Assembly (NCBI GenBank): GCA_963754925.1
Contig: CAVWHX010000004.1
Coordinates: 1,152,001-1,216,000 of the forward strand
Length of the DNA stretch: 64,000 nucleotides
Direction of reading: 5' to 3'
Source: an uncultured delta proteobacterium
GTDB lineage: Bacteria; Myxococcota; B64-G9
In this document: one piece after another, positions 53,395 to 64,000 of the stretch
Layout of the letters: every line of letters starts with the position of its first letter
Numbering within the stretch: position 1 is the first letter of the stretch
The notes under the pieces: model-generated
The model's database searches: none
Told to the model about the DNA's origin: nothing
The model's input: the letters and a program-made list of their open reading frames with translations, nothing else
Made by a program: the position numbers and the translations under genes

Positions 53395-53844
53395 GACTGA
53401 TGGGTAGGGCACGCTAAGCCTTGAGCCAGAAGTTCAACGATTTTTTCCTTGCTTTTTATGCTTCCGCCGAAATAAACTCAGCGTTTGGAATCTAAACACC
53501 CCGTTTTTTCAAACGGTTGCGGGGTGGAATGGGAGTGCCCAATCGGTGGCTTCCCGCAGTACGGTCCTTTCCAGCCGGTCCGTCTTCATGATGGAACTGA
53601 GAGGGCCGGAGGCTGCCCAGTTATCTCATATTTCCCTTACAGCCTGCCCTCTCCCAAAGAGAGGCTGATGCAGCATGCTGTATGTTAATAATGCAATTAT
53701 CTAAATATGAAATCCTTGTTTTAAAGAGTCCGCTCTTCGGATCACCATTAATTATATCACAGGTTGAAAACGATAAGGCGATGGATGGATTATTGAGTTG
53801 TCTCGAAGGTGTCCTTATAGAATACCGGTAAGGAGAAGAATTAG

Positions 53845-54642
53845 ATGCCAATACTGAAAAAAGCTTTAATCAAGGCATCAGGGAATCTCTTCATTCAAAG
53901 GGTATTGGAGAAAAATGTGCAGGTTTCTCAATATTTGATGGGGATCGGATCTGGTGACGGAGTTTTATCTAGTGGTGAACGAGCTATTTTTTATCTTCTT
54001 AAGCAAAGATTCAAACCTCCGTACTGCATTTTTGATGTTGGTTCAAACAAGGGTCAATTCCTTCAGCTGATTCTTGATAGTATTGCGGTAGATGATTTTT
54101 CAATTCACTGCTTTGAGCCTGGACACCAAACATTCAAAATTCTTGCGGAGTTTTTCAAAGAAGATAAGCGAATTAGATTAAACAATATTGGTATAGGCAA
54201 AGAAATAGGTGAGGCAATATTGCACTTTGATAGCGCTGGTTCAGGACTCGCTTCTCTTACAAAAAGAAGGCTGGATCACTTTGGTGTCGATTTTAACAAA
54301 TCAGAAAAGGTGGAAATCAGCACAATTGATAACTACTGTTCAGAGAATGCGATAAACCACATTCATCTGCTAAAGATTGATATTGAGGGACATGAACTCG
54401 ATGCACTCGCTGGCGCAAGAAGAATGTTTAATACCAAGTCAATCGATATCGTCACTTTTGAATTTGGTGGATGCAATATAGATACAAGAACATTTTTCCA
54501 GGATTTTTGGTATTTTTTTAGTGAAATCAATATGAATATCTTCAGAATTACTCCGTCAGGATACTTATATCCAATTAAATCATATAATGAAATTGATGAG
54601 CAATTTAGAACTTTAAACTTTGTTGCATTATCAAATGGGTAA
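53845..54642 (+). CDS. FkbM-family SAM-dependent methyltransferase
   Basis: IFDVGSNKG, HCFEP, LLKIDIEGHE. Visibly AT-rich. Confidence 0.88.
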   Translation: MPILKKALIKASGNLFIQRVLEKNVQVSQYLMGIGSGDGVLSSGERAIFYLLKQRFKPPYCIFDVGSNKGQFLQLILDSIAVDDFSIHCFEPGHQTFKILAEFFKEDKRIRLNNIGIGKEIGEAILHFDSAGSGLASLTKRRLDHFGVDFNKSEKVEISTIDNYCSENAINHIHLLKIDIEGHELDALAGARRMFNTKSIDIVTFEFGGCNIDTRTFFQDFWYFFSEINMNIFRITPSGYLYPIKSYNEIDEQFRTLNFVALSNG

Positions 54643-54700
54643 CAAGGCGCTGCACCGGACGGCTTTTCCGCTACACTCCATTACCGCTGGTGAGATTTGG
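54637..54700 (+). mobile_element. Degenerate attC-like site
   Basis: GGGTAAC-AAGGC-GCTGCACC...GGTGAGA-TTTGG overlapping the FkbM stop. The terminal GTT is missing. Confidence 0.5.
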
Positions 54701-54721
54701 GAGAGGGTGGCGACCTAAGCA

Positions 54722-55282
54722 ATGTCTGAAGACCGTTCGATTCTTTCGATTCTCGAGACCCTTTCCGCTTCGGCCGACGCGCCGCAACGTTTCATCGCGG
54801 CAAAGACCGGCCTCAACCTGGCTAAAGTTAACTTTGTCATGCGCCGGCTCGTCGATAAAGGCTTTGTCAAGCTCAAGCGGGTACGCGACAATCCGCATAA
54901 ATGGCGCTATCTGTATCTGCTGACCCCGGAGGGAATTTTAGAGAAAAGCCGCTTGACCTATAGTTTTTTGCAGAGCTCGTTGAAAGAATACCGTGAGGCC
55001 GAGCGCCGTCTCAAGGCAAGTATCGACGAAATGCTGGAGCAGGGCATACGGAAGGTCGTGCTCTACAGCAGCAACGAAGTCACCGATTTGTGCATACGCC
55101 TGCTCGATCAAATGAGCGACGGCAAACGGATCAGCGTTCTCGGGGTGGTCGACGAAACCGGGCGGCATCCCTTGTCGATACGCCCCTCGCAGGTGGTAGG
55201 GTTGGGTGTTGATGCGATCGTGGTGTGCGACGCCGAAGTCGAAGCCTTACCGCCTGGCATTCCGGTGAGAAGACTGGTGTGA
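54722..55282 (+). CDS. MarR-family EPS-associated winged-helix regulator
   Basis: 'QRFIAAKTGLNLAKVNFVMRRLVDKGFVK', 'YLYLLTPEGILEKSRLT'. Confidence 0.8.
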   Translation: MSEDRSILSILETLSASADAPQRFIAAKTGLNLAKVNFVMRRLVDKGFVKLKRVRDNPHKWRYLYLLTPEGILEKSRLTYSFLQSSLKEYREAERRLKASIDEMLEQGIRKVVLYSSNEVTDLCIRLLDQMSDGKRISVLGVVDETGRHPLSIRPSQVVGLGVDAIVVCDAEVEALPPGIPVRRLV

Positions 55283-55354
55283 GGTATGATGCGTGTCTCC
55301 GGAGTGCTATGCCGAGACCCTCCAAGTCGATCGATGAAATAAGAGGGAACTGCC

Positions 55355-56665
55355 ATGTTGCAATCATTCATCAAGAAGATTGAATCCAAGGAAGCCGTTA
55401 TCGGTGTAGTCGGCCTTGGTTATGTTGGGTTGCCCCTTGCCATTACCTTCGCGAAGGCAGGCTTTCACGTCATCGGGTTCGACACCGATCCAAAAAAACC
55501 GGCCTGCCTCCACGAGGGCACGTGTTATCTTGAACATATTCCGGCCGATGTGTTTTATCCCCTTATTCAACAAAAACTACTTCTCGCCACGACCGACTTC
55601 AGTAACATTAATGACGTTGATGCTATATTAGTGTGTGTTCCGACCCCACTTAACGAAAGCCGCGAGCCGGATCTTTCGTTTGTGGAAAACAGCGCCAAAA
55701 TCATTGCGCAGCACCTCAAGAAAGGTCAATTGTTCGCGCTTGAATCGAGCACCTACCCCGGGACGACCGACGAGCTGGTCAAGCCCATTCTCGAACAGGA
55801 ATCGGGTCTTTCGGCTGGAAAAGACTTTTTTTTGGTGTTTAGCCCCGAGCGTGAGGACCCCGGTAACCCAACCTTCCACACTAACAATATCCCCAAGATT
55901 GTCGGCGGTCTGACGCCCTCTTGTTTAAAGGCCGGCGTGGCCCTGTATAGCGCGGTTGTCGATACCGTCGTGCCCACTTCTTCTACCCGTACGGCTGAGA
56001 TGGTCAAATTGTTTGAAAACATATATCGGGCGGTCAACATCGCGTTGGTCAATGAGCTCAAGCTCGTCTCGCACCGGCTGAATATTGATGTTTGGGAGGT
56101 CATCCAGGCGGCGGCGACCAAGCCGTTCGGCTTTCAAGCTTTTTGGCCTGGGCCTGGGCTGGGGGGTCACTGTATCCCCATCGATCCGTTTTACCTGACT
56201 TGGAAGGCGCGTCAGGTGGATTTCAGCACCCGCTTCATCGAGCTGGCAGGCGAAATCAACACGAATATGCCCTACTATGTTGTCGACAGAATCAGCGAAG
56301 CGCTCAATCAACGGCGAAAGAGTCTCAACGGATCGAGTGTGCTGGTGATGGGAGTTTCCTACAAGCCCAACATCGATGACATGCGCGAGAGCCCGGCTCT
56401 CAAGATCATCGAGTTGCTGCAAAACAAAGGCGCCCGGGTGCTCTACCATGACCCGCATGTGCCGGTTTTACCGCGGACGCGCAAGCATTCATTGGATATG
56501 AAGTCGGCGCTGTTGACTGAGAATTTGTTGCGGGCGACCGATTGCGTGGTGGTGGTCACTGATCATAAGAATGTCGATTATGACCTTATAGCCAACAACG
56601 CGGATCTGGTTGTTGACTCGCGCCATTGTGTTCCAAAAGGCAAGGGCAACGTTGTTGATGCGTAA
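55355..56665 (+). CDS. Nucleotide-sugar dehydrogenase (UDP-GlcNAc 6-dehydrogenase, WbpA-like)
   Basis: [35 protein letters not shown]. Confidence 0.9.
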   Translation: MLQSFIKKIESKEAVIGVVGLGYVGLPLAITFAKAGFHVIGFDTDPKKPACLHEGTCYLEHIPADVFYPLIQQKLLLATTDFSNINDVDAILVCVPTPLNESREPDLSFVENSAKIIAQHLKKGQLFALESSTYPGTTDELVKPILEQESGLSAGKDFFLVFSPEREDPGNPTFHTNNIPKIVGGLTPSCLKAGVALYSAVVDTVVPTSSTRTAEMVKLFENIYRAVNIALVNELKLVSHRLNIDVWEVIQAAATKPFGFQAFWPGPGLGGHCIPIDPFYLTWKARQVDFSTRFIELAGEINTNMPYYVVDRISEALNQRRKSLNGSSVLVMGVSYKPNIDDMRESPALKIIELLQNKGARVLYHDPHVPVLPRTRKHSLDMKSALLTENLLRATDCVVVVTDHKNVDYDLIANNADLVVDSRHCVPKGKGNVVDA

Positions 56666-56706
56666 AAGCCACGCGTATTGAGGATCATCTCTACAGCGAG
56701 CCACGA

Positions 56707-57654
56707 ATGAATCAAGAAAGTAAAATATATGTTGCCGGCCACACCGGATTGGTAGGTTCGGCCATTGTCCGCCGTTTGCAGGCGGGTGGCTATAGCAATT
56801 TAGTGGTTCGTGATATATCAAAACTCGATCTCACCGACCCAAGCGCAACCAATACCTTCTTTGCTCACGAAAAACCCGAGTACGTCTTCATTGCCGCGGC
56901 AAAAGTAGGCGGCATTGTCGCCAACAACACTTACCCGGCTGATTTTATACGGATCAATTTGCAGATCGAGCTCAATCTCATCGATGCGGCATACCAGCAT
57001 GGAGTAAAGAAGCTTCTCTTCCTCGGATCTTCGTGTATCTATCCAAGGTATTCACCGCAGCCGATGAAGGAGGAGCATTTGCTCACCGGCAAGCTTGAGC
57101 CGACCAATGATGCGTACGCAATCGCCAAGATCGCTGGGATTATCGCCTGCAAGAGTTACAACCGTCAGCACGGCACAAACTTCATCGCCGCCATGCCCAC
57201 CAATCTGTATGGTCCGCATGATAACTTTGACCTGCAGAGTAGCCACGTCCTTCCGGCGATGATCCGGAAGTTTCATGAAGCGAAACAGCATGGCGGTAAG
57301 ACGGTTGAGTTGTGGGGCACCGGCTCACCGCGGCGCGAGTTGCTCTACGTTGACGATCTTGCCGATGCGTTGTTGTTTGTCATGAATCACTATGACGCCG
57401 ATCCCAAAAACCCTGACGACATCTTCCTCAATATTGGCACCGGAGAAGATCTCTCAATCAAGGAGCTTGCGTCCTTGGTTAAGGAAATAGTCGGTTATCA
57501 TGGCGAGATCGGCTGGAACACCGCCATGCCCGACGGCATGCCGCGTAAAGTCATGGACGTATCGCGGCTCGCCGCTCTGGGTTGGAAAGCGAAAACACTG
57601 CTCGGCGAGGGAATTCGGCAGACGTACGAGTGGTACCTGGCCAATAAGGTATAG
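56707..57654 (+). CDS. fcl: GDP-L-fucose synthase
   Basis: [38 protein letters not shown]. Confidence 0.95.
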   Translation: MNQESKIYVAGHTGLVGSAIVRRLQAGGYSNLVVRDISKLDLTDPSATNTFFAHEKPEYVFIAAAKVGGIVANNTYPADFIRINLQIELNLIDAAYQHGVKKLLFLGSSCIYPRYSPQPMKEEHLLTGKLEPTNDAYAIAKIAGIIACKSYNRQHGTNFIAAMPTNLYGPHDNFDLQSSHVLPAMIRKFHEAKQHGGKTVELWGTGSPRRELLYVDDLADALLFVMNHYDADPKNPDDIFLNIGTGEDLSIKELASLVKEIVGYHGEIGWNTAMPDGMPRKVMDVSRLAALGWKAKTLLGEGIRQTYEWYLANKV

Positions 57655-57687
57655 GCGGAGGTATGTTCCCCATTTAGGGGGTCTCTT

Positions 57688-58722
57688 ATGAAAAAAGCAT
57701 TGATCACCGGTATCACCGGGCAAGACGGCTCATATCTGGCCGAGCTTCTGTTGGCGAAAGGGTATGAGGTTCACGGCATTATTCGGCGCAGCAGCTCGTT
57801 CAATACCGGCCGTATCGATCATCTCTACGAGGATCCGCATGTCAAAGGCCGGCGGCTGGTCCTGCACTTTGGCGATCTTTCGGACGGCTCGAACATCTCT
57901 CGGTTGGTTGAGAAGATAGTACCCAGTGAGATTTACAACCTTGGCGCCCAAAGCCATGTGAAAGTTTCGTTCGATGTTCCCGAATTCACCGCACAGGTTG
58001 ATGGTGTTGGCGCAATCCGCTTGCTGGACGCCATCAAGGAGGCGCGCTTAGACACCCGCTTCTATCAAGCCAGCACGTCGGAATTATACGGCAAGGCCCA
58101 AGAGATCCCGCAAACCGAAAAAACGCCCTTTTATCCGCGCAGCCCGTATGCGGCGGCCAAACTCTATGCGTACTGGGTGACGGTCAACTACCGCGAGGCC
58201 TACGGGTTGTACGCCTGTAATGGCATCCTGTTTAACCACGAATCCGAGCGACGCGGCGAGACCTTTGTCACCCGCAAAATCACCCGCGCCGTTGGCCGCA
58301 TCAAGCATGGTTTGCAGGAGACGGTGTATCTCGGCAACCTCGCGGCCCAACGCGACTGGGGGTATGCGCCGGAGTTTGTCGAGGGCATGTGGCGTATGCT
58401 GCAGCAGAATAAACCCGATGACTACGTGCTGGCCACCGGCGAAAAGCACTCGGTCGAGGAGTTCTGTCAACTCGCCTTCACCCGCGCCGGCATGCCGCTC
58501 ACCTTCACGGGCGAGGGCGTCGAACGCAAGGGTATTGATGCCCAAGGCAAGGTGCGGGTCGAAGTTGATCCGGCGTATTTTCGACCTACCGAGGTGGATG
58601 TATTGGTTGGCGATCCAAGCAAAGCGCGTGAGAAACTCGGGTGGTCTCCGAAGATTAAGTTTGCGGAACTAATCGCGCGAATGGTTGATCACGACCTTGC
58701 TCTGGCGGCTGACACAGAGTGA
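57688..58722 (+). CDS. gmd: GDP-mannose 4,6-dehydratase
   Basis: [37 protein letters not shown]. Confidence 0.97.
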   Translation: MKKALITGITGQDGSYLAELLLAKGYEVHGIIRRSSSFNTGRIDHLYEDPHVKGRRLVLHFGDLSDGSNISRLVEKIVPSEIYNLGAQSHVKVSFDVPEFTAQVDGVGAIRLLDAIKEARLDTRFYQASTSELYGKAQEIPQTEKTPFYPRSPYAAAKLYAYWVTVNYREAYGLYACNGILFNHESERRGETFVTRKITRAVGRIKHGLQETVYLGNLAAQRDWGYAPEFVEGMWRMLQQNKPDDYVLATGEKHSVEEFCQLAFTRAGMPLTFTGEGVERKGIDAQGKVRVEVDPAYFRPTEVDVLVGDPSKAREKLGWSPKIKFAELIARMVDHDLALAADTE

Positions 58723-58756
58723 AAAGTGCGGAGTGCAAAGTGCAGAGTGCAGAGTG
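58715..58756 (+). repeat. Six tandem heptamers, consensus CAGAGTG
   Basis: CAGAGTG AAAAGTG CGGAGTG CAAAGTG CAGAGTG CAGAGTG. Confidence 0.9.
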
Positions 58757-58766
58757 AGAAAATCGG

Positions 58767-59141
58767 ATGAGGATAGAACGATTTGAAGACATCGAAGCTT
58801 GGAAGAAGGCTCGAGAACTCGCCGGAACAATCTACAAGGCTACTCGGGATGGACCGATTGCCAAGGACTTCGGCTTTCGAGATCAGATCAGACGTGCGGC
58901 TATATCGGTTCTTGCCAATATCGCAGAGGGCTTCGGAAGGCGGACCCATAAAGATTTCGCCGGGTTCTTGTACATAGCCCGAGGATCTGTCATGGAAACT
59001 GTCAGTCATCTCTATGTGGCGCTTGATCAGGAGTATTTAACGAATGAGCAAGTCAAAGGGATCCAAGCCGGTTACGAAGAGGTCCGAAAAATGCTGGTAT
59101 CTTTGATTCGCTACCTCGAGTCCTCGCCGACGCCCAAATGA
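58767..59141 (+). CDS. Four-helix-bundle protein (23S rRNA intervening-sequence protein family)
   Basis: 'FEDIEAWKKA...DFGFRDQIRRAAISVLANIAEGFGR...FLYIARGS..E...HLYVALDQEYL'. Confidence 0.9.
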   Translation: MRIERFEDIEAWKKARELAGTIYKATRDGPIAKDFGFRDQIRRAAISVLANIAEGFGRRTHKDFAGFLYIARGSVMETVSHLYVALDQEYLTNEQVKGIQAGYEEVRKMLVSLIRYLESSPTPK

Positions 59142-59152
59142 GGTTAATATGG

Positions 59153-59187
59153 TACTTTGCACTCTGCACTTCGCACGATGCACTATT
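59153..59187 (-). repeat. Five tandem heptamers, consensus CACTCTG (reverse complement of the upstream array)
   Basis: TACTTTG CACTCTG CACTTCG CACGATG CACTATT. Confidence 0.85.
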
Positions 59188-59204
59188 GATTGATTGGGGA
59201 AAAA

Positions 59205-59822
59205 ATGAACAACGCCATCAATAATTCCATTATTTATCCTAACGTTTCGTTGGGCCATGGCACCACGGTTGATGCCTACTGTATTGTGGGGCAGCCGTAT
59301 CAAGGGGCCACGCTTGGAAAGAACCAGACCACCATCGGTCGCGATTCTGTCATCCGTTCACACACGGTGATTTACGCCGGGGTTCAGATCGGAGATCGTT
59401 TCCAGACAGGTCATCATACCCTCATACGCAACGGAACAACCATCGGCGACGACTGTTCGGTGGATTCAGGCAGCACGGTGGAGTTTGCCGTGCAGATTGG
59501 CAACGGCGTGCGTCTGCACTCGAACGTGTTTGTTCCCGAGTATAGCATTTTGGAGGACGGCTGTTGGATCGGACCGAATGTCGTCTTGACCAACGCCAAG
59601 TACCCTCGATCATCCCGGGCCAAAGAAGAGATCCAAGGTGTTCATATCGAACAGGGCGCCAAAATAGGGGCAAATGCCACCATTTTAGCCGGTGTCCGCA
59701 TCGGTCGCGATGCGCTGATCGGCGCGGGCGCGGTGGTCACCCATGATGTTCCCGCCGGGGCGGTGATGGTGGGCAACCCTGCCAAGCAAATCAACCAGAT
59801 CGAAAACCTTCCGTACCGATAA
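59205..59822 (+). CDS. Hexapeptide-repeat sugar acyltransferase
   Basis: [LIV]G hexapeptide repeats; [30 protein letters not shown]. Confidence 0.88.
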   Translation: MNNAINNSIIYPNVSLGHGTTVDAYCIVGQPYQGATLGKNQTTIGRDSVIRSHTVIYAGVQIGDRFQTGHHTLIRNGTTIGDDCSVDSGSTVEFAVQIGNGVRLHSNVFVPEYSILEDGCWIGPNVVLTNAKYPRSSRAKEEIQGVHIEQGAKIGANATILAGVRIGRDALIGAGAVVTHDVPAGAVMVGNPAKQINQIENLPYR

Positions 59823-59862
59823 ACGCAATTTTGATAATATCCTCTGGAATAGGAGATTGAGG

Positions 59863-60870
59863 ATGAAGGTGTTGGTGACCGGTGCGGCCGGGTTTATTGG
59901 ATACCACACGAGCCGCCGGCTTCTGGAGCGGGGTGATGATGTTGTCGGTGTGGACAACCTCAACGACTATTATGATGTATCCCTGAAAGAAGCGCGGTTG
60001 GCTATGCTTCGAGGATTCGAGAAATTTACTTTTCAAAAGCTAGACGTGGCGGACCGAAAAGGGATGGATCAGTGCTTCGCAACATATAAGCCGAATAGGG
60101 TTGTGCACTTGGCGGCCCAAGCCGGCGTGCGCTACTCGCTTACGAACCCCTACGCGTATGTGGATTCCAACCTTGTGGGTTTTATTAACATCTTGGAGGG
60201 CTGCCGGAATCATGGCGTGCAACATCTTGTTTATGCTTCCTCAAGCTCGGTGTATGGAGCGAACACAAAGCTTCCCTTCTGCGTCGATGATAACGTTGAC
60301 CATCCTGTAAGTTTGTACGCGGCCACCAAAAAGGCCAACGAGTTGATGGCGCACACCTACAGTCACTTATACTGTTTGCCCACAACCGGGCTCCGTTTTT
60401 TTACGGTTTACGGCCCCTGGGGGCGGCCGGACATGGCGCTTTTTCTTTTCACCAAAGCCATTCTTGAAGACCGCCCCATCGAGGTATTCAACCACGGCAA
60501 GATGCAACGCGATTTTACGTATATCGACGATATCGTCGAGGGGGTTATCCGTGTCTTGGACAGAATCGCCGAGCCGGATTCCAAATGGTCATGCGATGAC
60601 CCGAGGCCGGGTTCAAGCTGTGCGCCCTATCGAATTTATAACATCGGTAACAATCAACCCGTTGACCTGATTTGTTTCATTGAGGCTATTGAAAATTGTT
60701 TGGGAAAAAAGGCCAAGAAGAACTTACTGCCTATCCAGCCAGGAGATGTAACCGCCACGTGTGCCGATGTGGATAGCCTTATCAGCGATGTCTGTTTTCA
60801 ACCAAAAACCTCTGTCGAAACCGGTATTGCGCGCTTTGTGGAGTGGTATCGGTGGTACTATCACAAGTAA
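59863..60870 (+). CDS. NAD-dependent epimerase (UDP-glucuronate 4-epimerase-like)
   Basis: [32 protein letters not shown]. Confidence 0.92.
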   Translation: MKVLVTGAAGFIGYHTSRRLLERGDDVVGVDNLNDYYDVSLKEARLAMLRGFEKFTFQKLDVADRKGMDQCFATYKPNRVVHLAAQAGVRYSLTNPYAYVDSNLVGFINILEGCRNHGVQHLVYASSSSVYGANTKLPFCVDDNVDHPVSLYAATKKANELMAHTYSHLYCLPTTGLRFFTVYGPWGRPDMALFLFTKAILEDRPIEVFNHGKMQRDFTYIDDIVEGVIRVLDRIAEPDSKWSCDDPRPGSSCAPYRIYNIGNNQPVDLICFIEAIENCLGKKAKKNLLPIQPGDVTATCADVDSLISDVCFQPKTSVETGIARFVEWYRWYYHK

Positions 60871-60935
60871 AATGCTGCTTATGTACTGGTGATTACAATC
60901 TCTTTAAATACCCGAGAATTAAACCCCGAGAATTT

Positions 60936-62280
60936 ATGCGGCTAAGCCGTAGGATCATAGAATTATATAAAATTCATTTACCTGCGGGATCGTTGCGTGC
61001 ACGGATGGCGTATGGCACTTTCTGGACGCTTGTAGGTACTATGATAGCACAACTTGCGGGGATGCTTGGATCTATATTCAGTGCACGAATATTAGGTAAG
61101 GTGGGCTTTGGTGAGCTTGGAATGATACGAAGCACCGTGCTTATGTTTGGGGTTCTTGCAGGCACCGGTCTTGGAATGGCCACCACTAAGTATGTCGCGG
61201 AATTTCGTGTTAACGATCCTTTTAAAGCCGGCCGCATGATCGGATTATTTATGAATACGGCCTTTATATTGGGGACCTGCGTCACGTTAAATATGTTTGA
61301 TAATTGCAACACCCCTAGCGAAATGGACAATGGAAGCACCACAGTTGGCAGGTGCATTACAAATAGGGTGTCTATTACTATTGCTGAACACAATCAATGG
61401 TGTTCAGTTAGGAGCAATATGTGGTTTCGAGGCATTCCGGACACAGTCTCAAGTGATTGTCTTGGATGGGATATTTAACCTTGTCCTCATTCCTATGGGT
61501 GCATTTTTCTACGGTGTTACTGGAGCAGTGGGTGGCTCGGTTATGGCTGCCATATTTGGGTTTATGGTAAAGCAGTATGCAATGAATAAAGAGTGCAAGC
61601 GCGCAACTATCACAATATCTCATCGCAATGTTTCTCAAGAATTCCCAGCTCTGTGGAAATTTGTGTTACCGGCAGTATTGGTAGGTGTAAGTGCACAGCC
61701 ATTTGACTGGCTAGCGCGATTGATTATAGTGCGTGGTCCAACAGGATATGGTGCCTTGGGGCTCTTTGCTGCGGCCAATTCCGTGTCACAAATAATCCTT
61801 TTTCTTCCAGGGCAGATTGCTGGTCCAACCCAACCAATATTATCAAACCTGACCGGGCATGCTGATGTAAGAAATATTCAGAAAATATTACTGCAAGGCA
61901 ATATAACAATTATTGGAATAGCTGTGGTTATCGGAGTAATTTTTATGATATTGGCGTCTTATATTATGCTTCTATATGGATCGGAATACTCCGCAGCGGC
62001 AACCACATTGGCGATTCTTGCAGTGTCTTCGATATTTTGTGCTGGAAGCAATGTCGTAAAGAACTTCCTATATGCAATTAATCGCGTATGGATAGTTGTC
62101 TCGGCTCATATTGTTATGGGCATTATATTGTGTATCATGGCGTATTTGCTGCAGAATAAAGGATCGGATGGTCTTGCAGCTGCATATGCTCTCGGTTGGT
62201 TAGCACTACTTGTTATTGAATATTGGTATGCTTTATACAAACTGACTCAAATGCGACGTGGCACTAACGTTCCCGCATGA
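60936..62280 (+). CDS. Wzx-like polysaccharide flippase, split by a +1 indel near 61290
   Basis: 'ARILGKVGFGELG', 'GLGMATTKYVAE', many TM helices. Removing one A reads VTLICLIIATP across the junction. Confidence 0.82.
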
Positions 62281-62336
62281 AAAGCATAAGTCATTAAGGT
62301 GCTGAATAGTTGTGGAGAGGAAGGAGAACTGACTTG

Positions 62337-63356
62337 ATGGAAAAAACAAATAATAAAGTTAGGATTGGCATATTGGGTGCCGGCAAGGTTGCGCGAGAAA
62401 TTCATCTGCCGGTGATTAAAAATATGAGTAATGCAGAAATTATATGGCTGTGCGATGTGTCACCAGTAGCAGCAACAGCGGCAAACGCCTATGTCCCTGG
62501 CGCCAGGGTGCACAACTCCATTGACGATTGCGAGCCTGTGGATGTTGTGCTGGTAACTATCCCCGTGGGTTACAGGCGAGATCCGCTTCTCAAGGTTATC
62601 GGACGTGGCTGGAATGTCCTTTGCGAGAAGCCTTTCGCTGTCACGCTGGCTGAACACGATGAATATTTGCTCAAAGCGATGCAGGCCAGGGTCAACGTGG
62701 GCGTGGGTCTCATGCGTCGTTATTACAAGCAGACATGCTTAGCGAGAGATATCCTGGAATCCGGTGTGTTTGGCGTGGTCCAGGAAGTATGGGCAAGCCA
62801 GGGGAGCAAAGTAATCAGAACTGGACGCGAGAATAATTATCAGGCGGATAAAAATGCTTCTGGTGGCGGTGTGCTTATGGAAACTGGAGTGCATCTTGTC
62901 GATCAGGTTTTTGCGATTTTGGGGGTACAAACATTTAACATAGTTGATGCAAAACAGAAAGTTTATAATGGGCTTGATTTTGAAATGAATGCAGTGGTTG
63001 ATCTGGAACTTGCTTCACAGAATAATGTCAGGTTTAATCTTGAGTTGAGTAATATAAACGAATTGTATTTTGGTATTGTTGTGCGTACCACACAGGCCGT
63101 GCTGAAAATCGGAGTGTTAGCAGATAGACACGTGATTCTGTGTTCCATGGATGGAAAGCCGTTAGCATACTTAGGAGGCGAACGCGGTGCAGATACGGCC
63201 TACCAAGCTTTCTATATGGAATGGACCGATTTTATCAGGCAGTGTTTTTCAGCGGATGGCTACAAATCAGCTGTCAGTGCGGAGTCTGCCAGAAAAACAA
63301 CCGAGTTCATTGATAGGTGTTACAAAGAAGCTGGACAGATCGCTATTGGCAAATAA
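62337..63356 (+). CDS. Gfo/Idh/MocA-family oxidoreductase
   Basis: IGILGAG, VLCEKP, GGGVLMETGVHLVD. Confidence 0.88.
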   Translation: MEKTNNKVRIGILGAGKVAREIHLPVIKNMSNAEIIWLCDVSPVAATAANAYVPGARVHNSIDDCEPVDVVLVTIPVGYRRDPLLKVIGRGWNVLCEKPFAVTLAEHDEYLLKAMQARVNVGVGLMRRYYKQTCLARDILESGVFGVVQEVWASQGSKVIRTGRENNYQADKNASGGGVLMETGVHLVDQVFAILGVQTFNIVDAKQKVYNGLDFEMNAVVDLELASQNNVRFNLELSNINELYFGIVVRTTQAVLKIGVLADRHVILCSMDGKPLAYLGGERGADTAYQAFYMEWTDFIRQCFSADGYKSAVSAESARKTTEFIDRCYKEAGQIAIGK

Positions 63357-63371
63357 ATGGGGTGATTGAAT

Positions 63372-64000
63372 ATGGCTGATCATACTAACGTTGCTGTTCT
63401 TGGGGCTAACGGACAGATAGGATCTGTGTTGTTGCGACATTTGGCGCGGATACCTGGCGTTCATCCTATAGCGATATGCAGAAATGCCCTTGGTGCGGGA
63501 TTGATATCCGATATAAAGTGCGACGTGCGACTTGGATCTATAACGAGCGTAGAATTCGATCCAAAACTCATCGGTGACTGCGATTCGATGATCAATTGTA
63601 TCTGGCCGCAAGGGTCGATGAAAGCTGTCAAAAAGCAGAATGAGATTCTTCTTTCTAACATTCACGGCAATGCCAATCTAAAAAGGTTTATTTCCTTGAG
63701 CAGTGTGGCCGTTTATGGGCCCTGTATTGACGCCTCCTGGAGTACTTTCGAGGCGCCGAAACCGAATATAAGTTATGGTCAATTAAAGTTAGAAATGGAA
63801 AAAAAGATCGCTAAGTGTTTTGCCGGGTCCACCTGTAGATATCATTTGATCCGGCTTGGGCACGTATATGGAAAAGAACAATGGTGTTCACGAGCAATAC
63901 TCGGTTCTATTACGGACCATAAATTCAGATTACCTTTTGAAGGTGGCATGTCGTCAAACACAGTTCATGTTGATGAACTTGCGCATGGGTTGGTCTACCT
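63372..64000 (+). CDS. NAD-dependent epimerase/dehydratase, 3'-truncated by the window edge
   Basis: MADHTNVAVLGANGQIG, SSVAVYG, YGQLK, RLGHVYG. Absent from the ORF track because it has no stop in the window. Confidence 0.8.
   Translation, partial: MADHTNVAVLGANGQIGSVLLRHLARIPGVHPIAICRNALGAGLISDIKCDVRLGSITSVEFDPKLIGDCDSMINCIWPQGSMKAVKKQNEILLSNIHGNANLKRFISLSSVAVYGPCIDASWSTFEAPKPNISYGQLKLEMEKKIAKCFAGSTCRYHLIRLGHVYGKEQWCSRAILGSITDHKFRLPFEGGMSSNTVHVDELAHGLVY

Noticed and set aside
42113..54700. A functional integron
   Set aside because: No intI, no cassette array, and both attC-like sites are incomplete and 12 kb apart.
58767..59141. Diversity-generating retroelement
   Set aside because: No reverse transcriptase and no template/variable repeat pair in the window.

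Overview
A 64-kb, mostly gene-dense bacterial window. It probably comes from a Myxococcota/deltaproteobacterial genome; this is inferred from a myxobacteria-style Ser/Thr kinase, Cys-rich repeat proteins, an AMIN protein and the ileS-lspA-lgt order. It contains a beta-oxidation pair (FadN-like enzyme and thiolase), a lipoprotein with twelve 47-aa Cys repeats ending in an ALK/LTK-like glycine-rich domain, and a LysC-LysA fusion. Also present are a GH18-deacetylase-GT2 fusion, pepT with a sigma54 two-component system, and a clear arsR-hgcA-hgcB mercury-methylation cluster with a palindromic operator. A lipid-trafficking region has an MMPL/LolA-like/beta-barrel operon converging on genes that resemble sterol transporters BstB and BstC, with a BstA/HpnN-like MMPL about 13 kb away. 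The window also holds several lipid esterases, a GH57 protein and the start of a surface-polysaccharide locus. In that locus a four-helix-bundle gene is bracketed by inverted 7-nt repeat arrays. Two orphan genes carry attC-like remnants. Eight genes are split by single-base indels, most likely sequencing or assembly errors. I saw no rRNA, tRNA, CRISPR array, integrase or intact transposase. All family calls come from motif recognition by eye and recalled sequences, not database searches.
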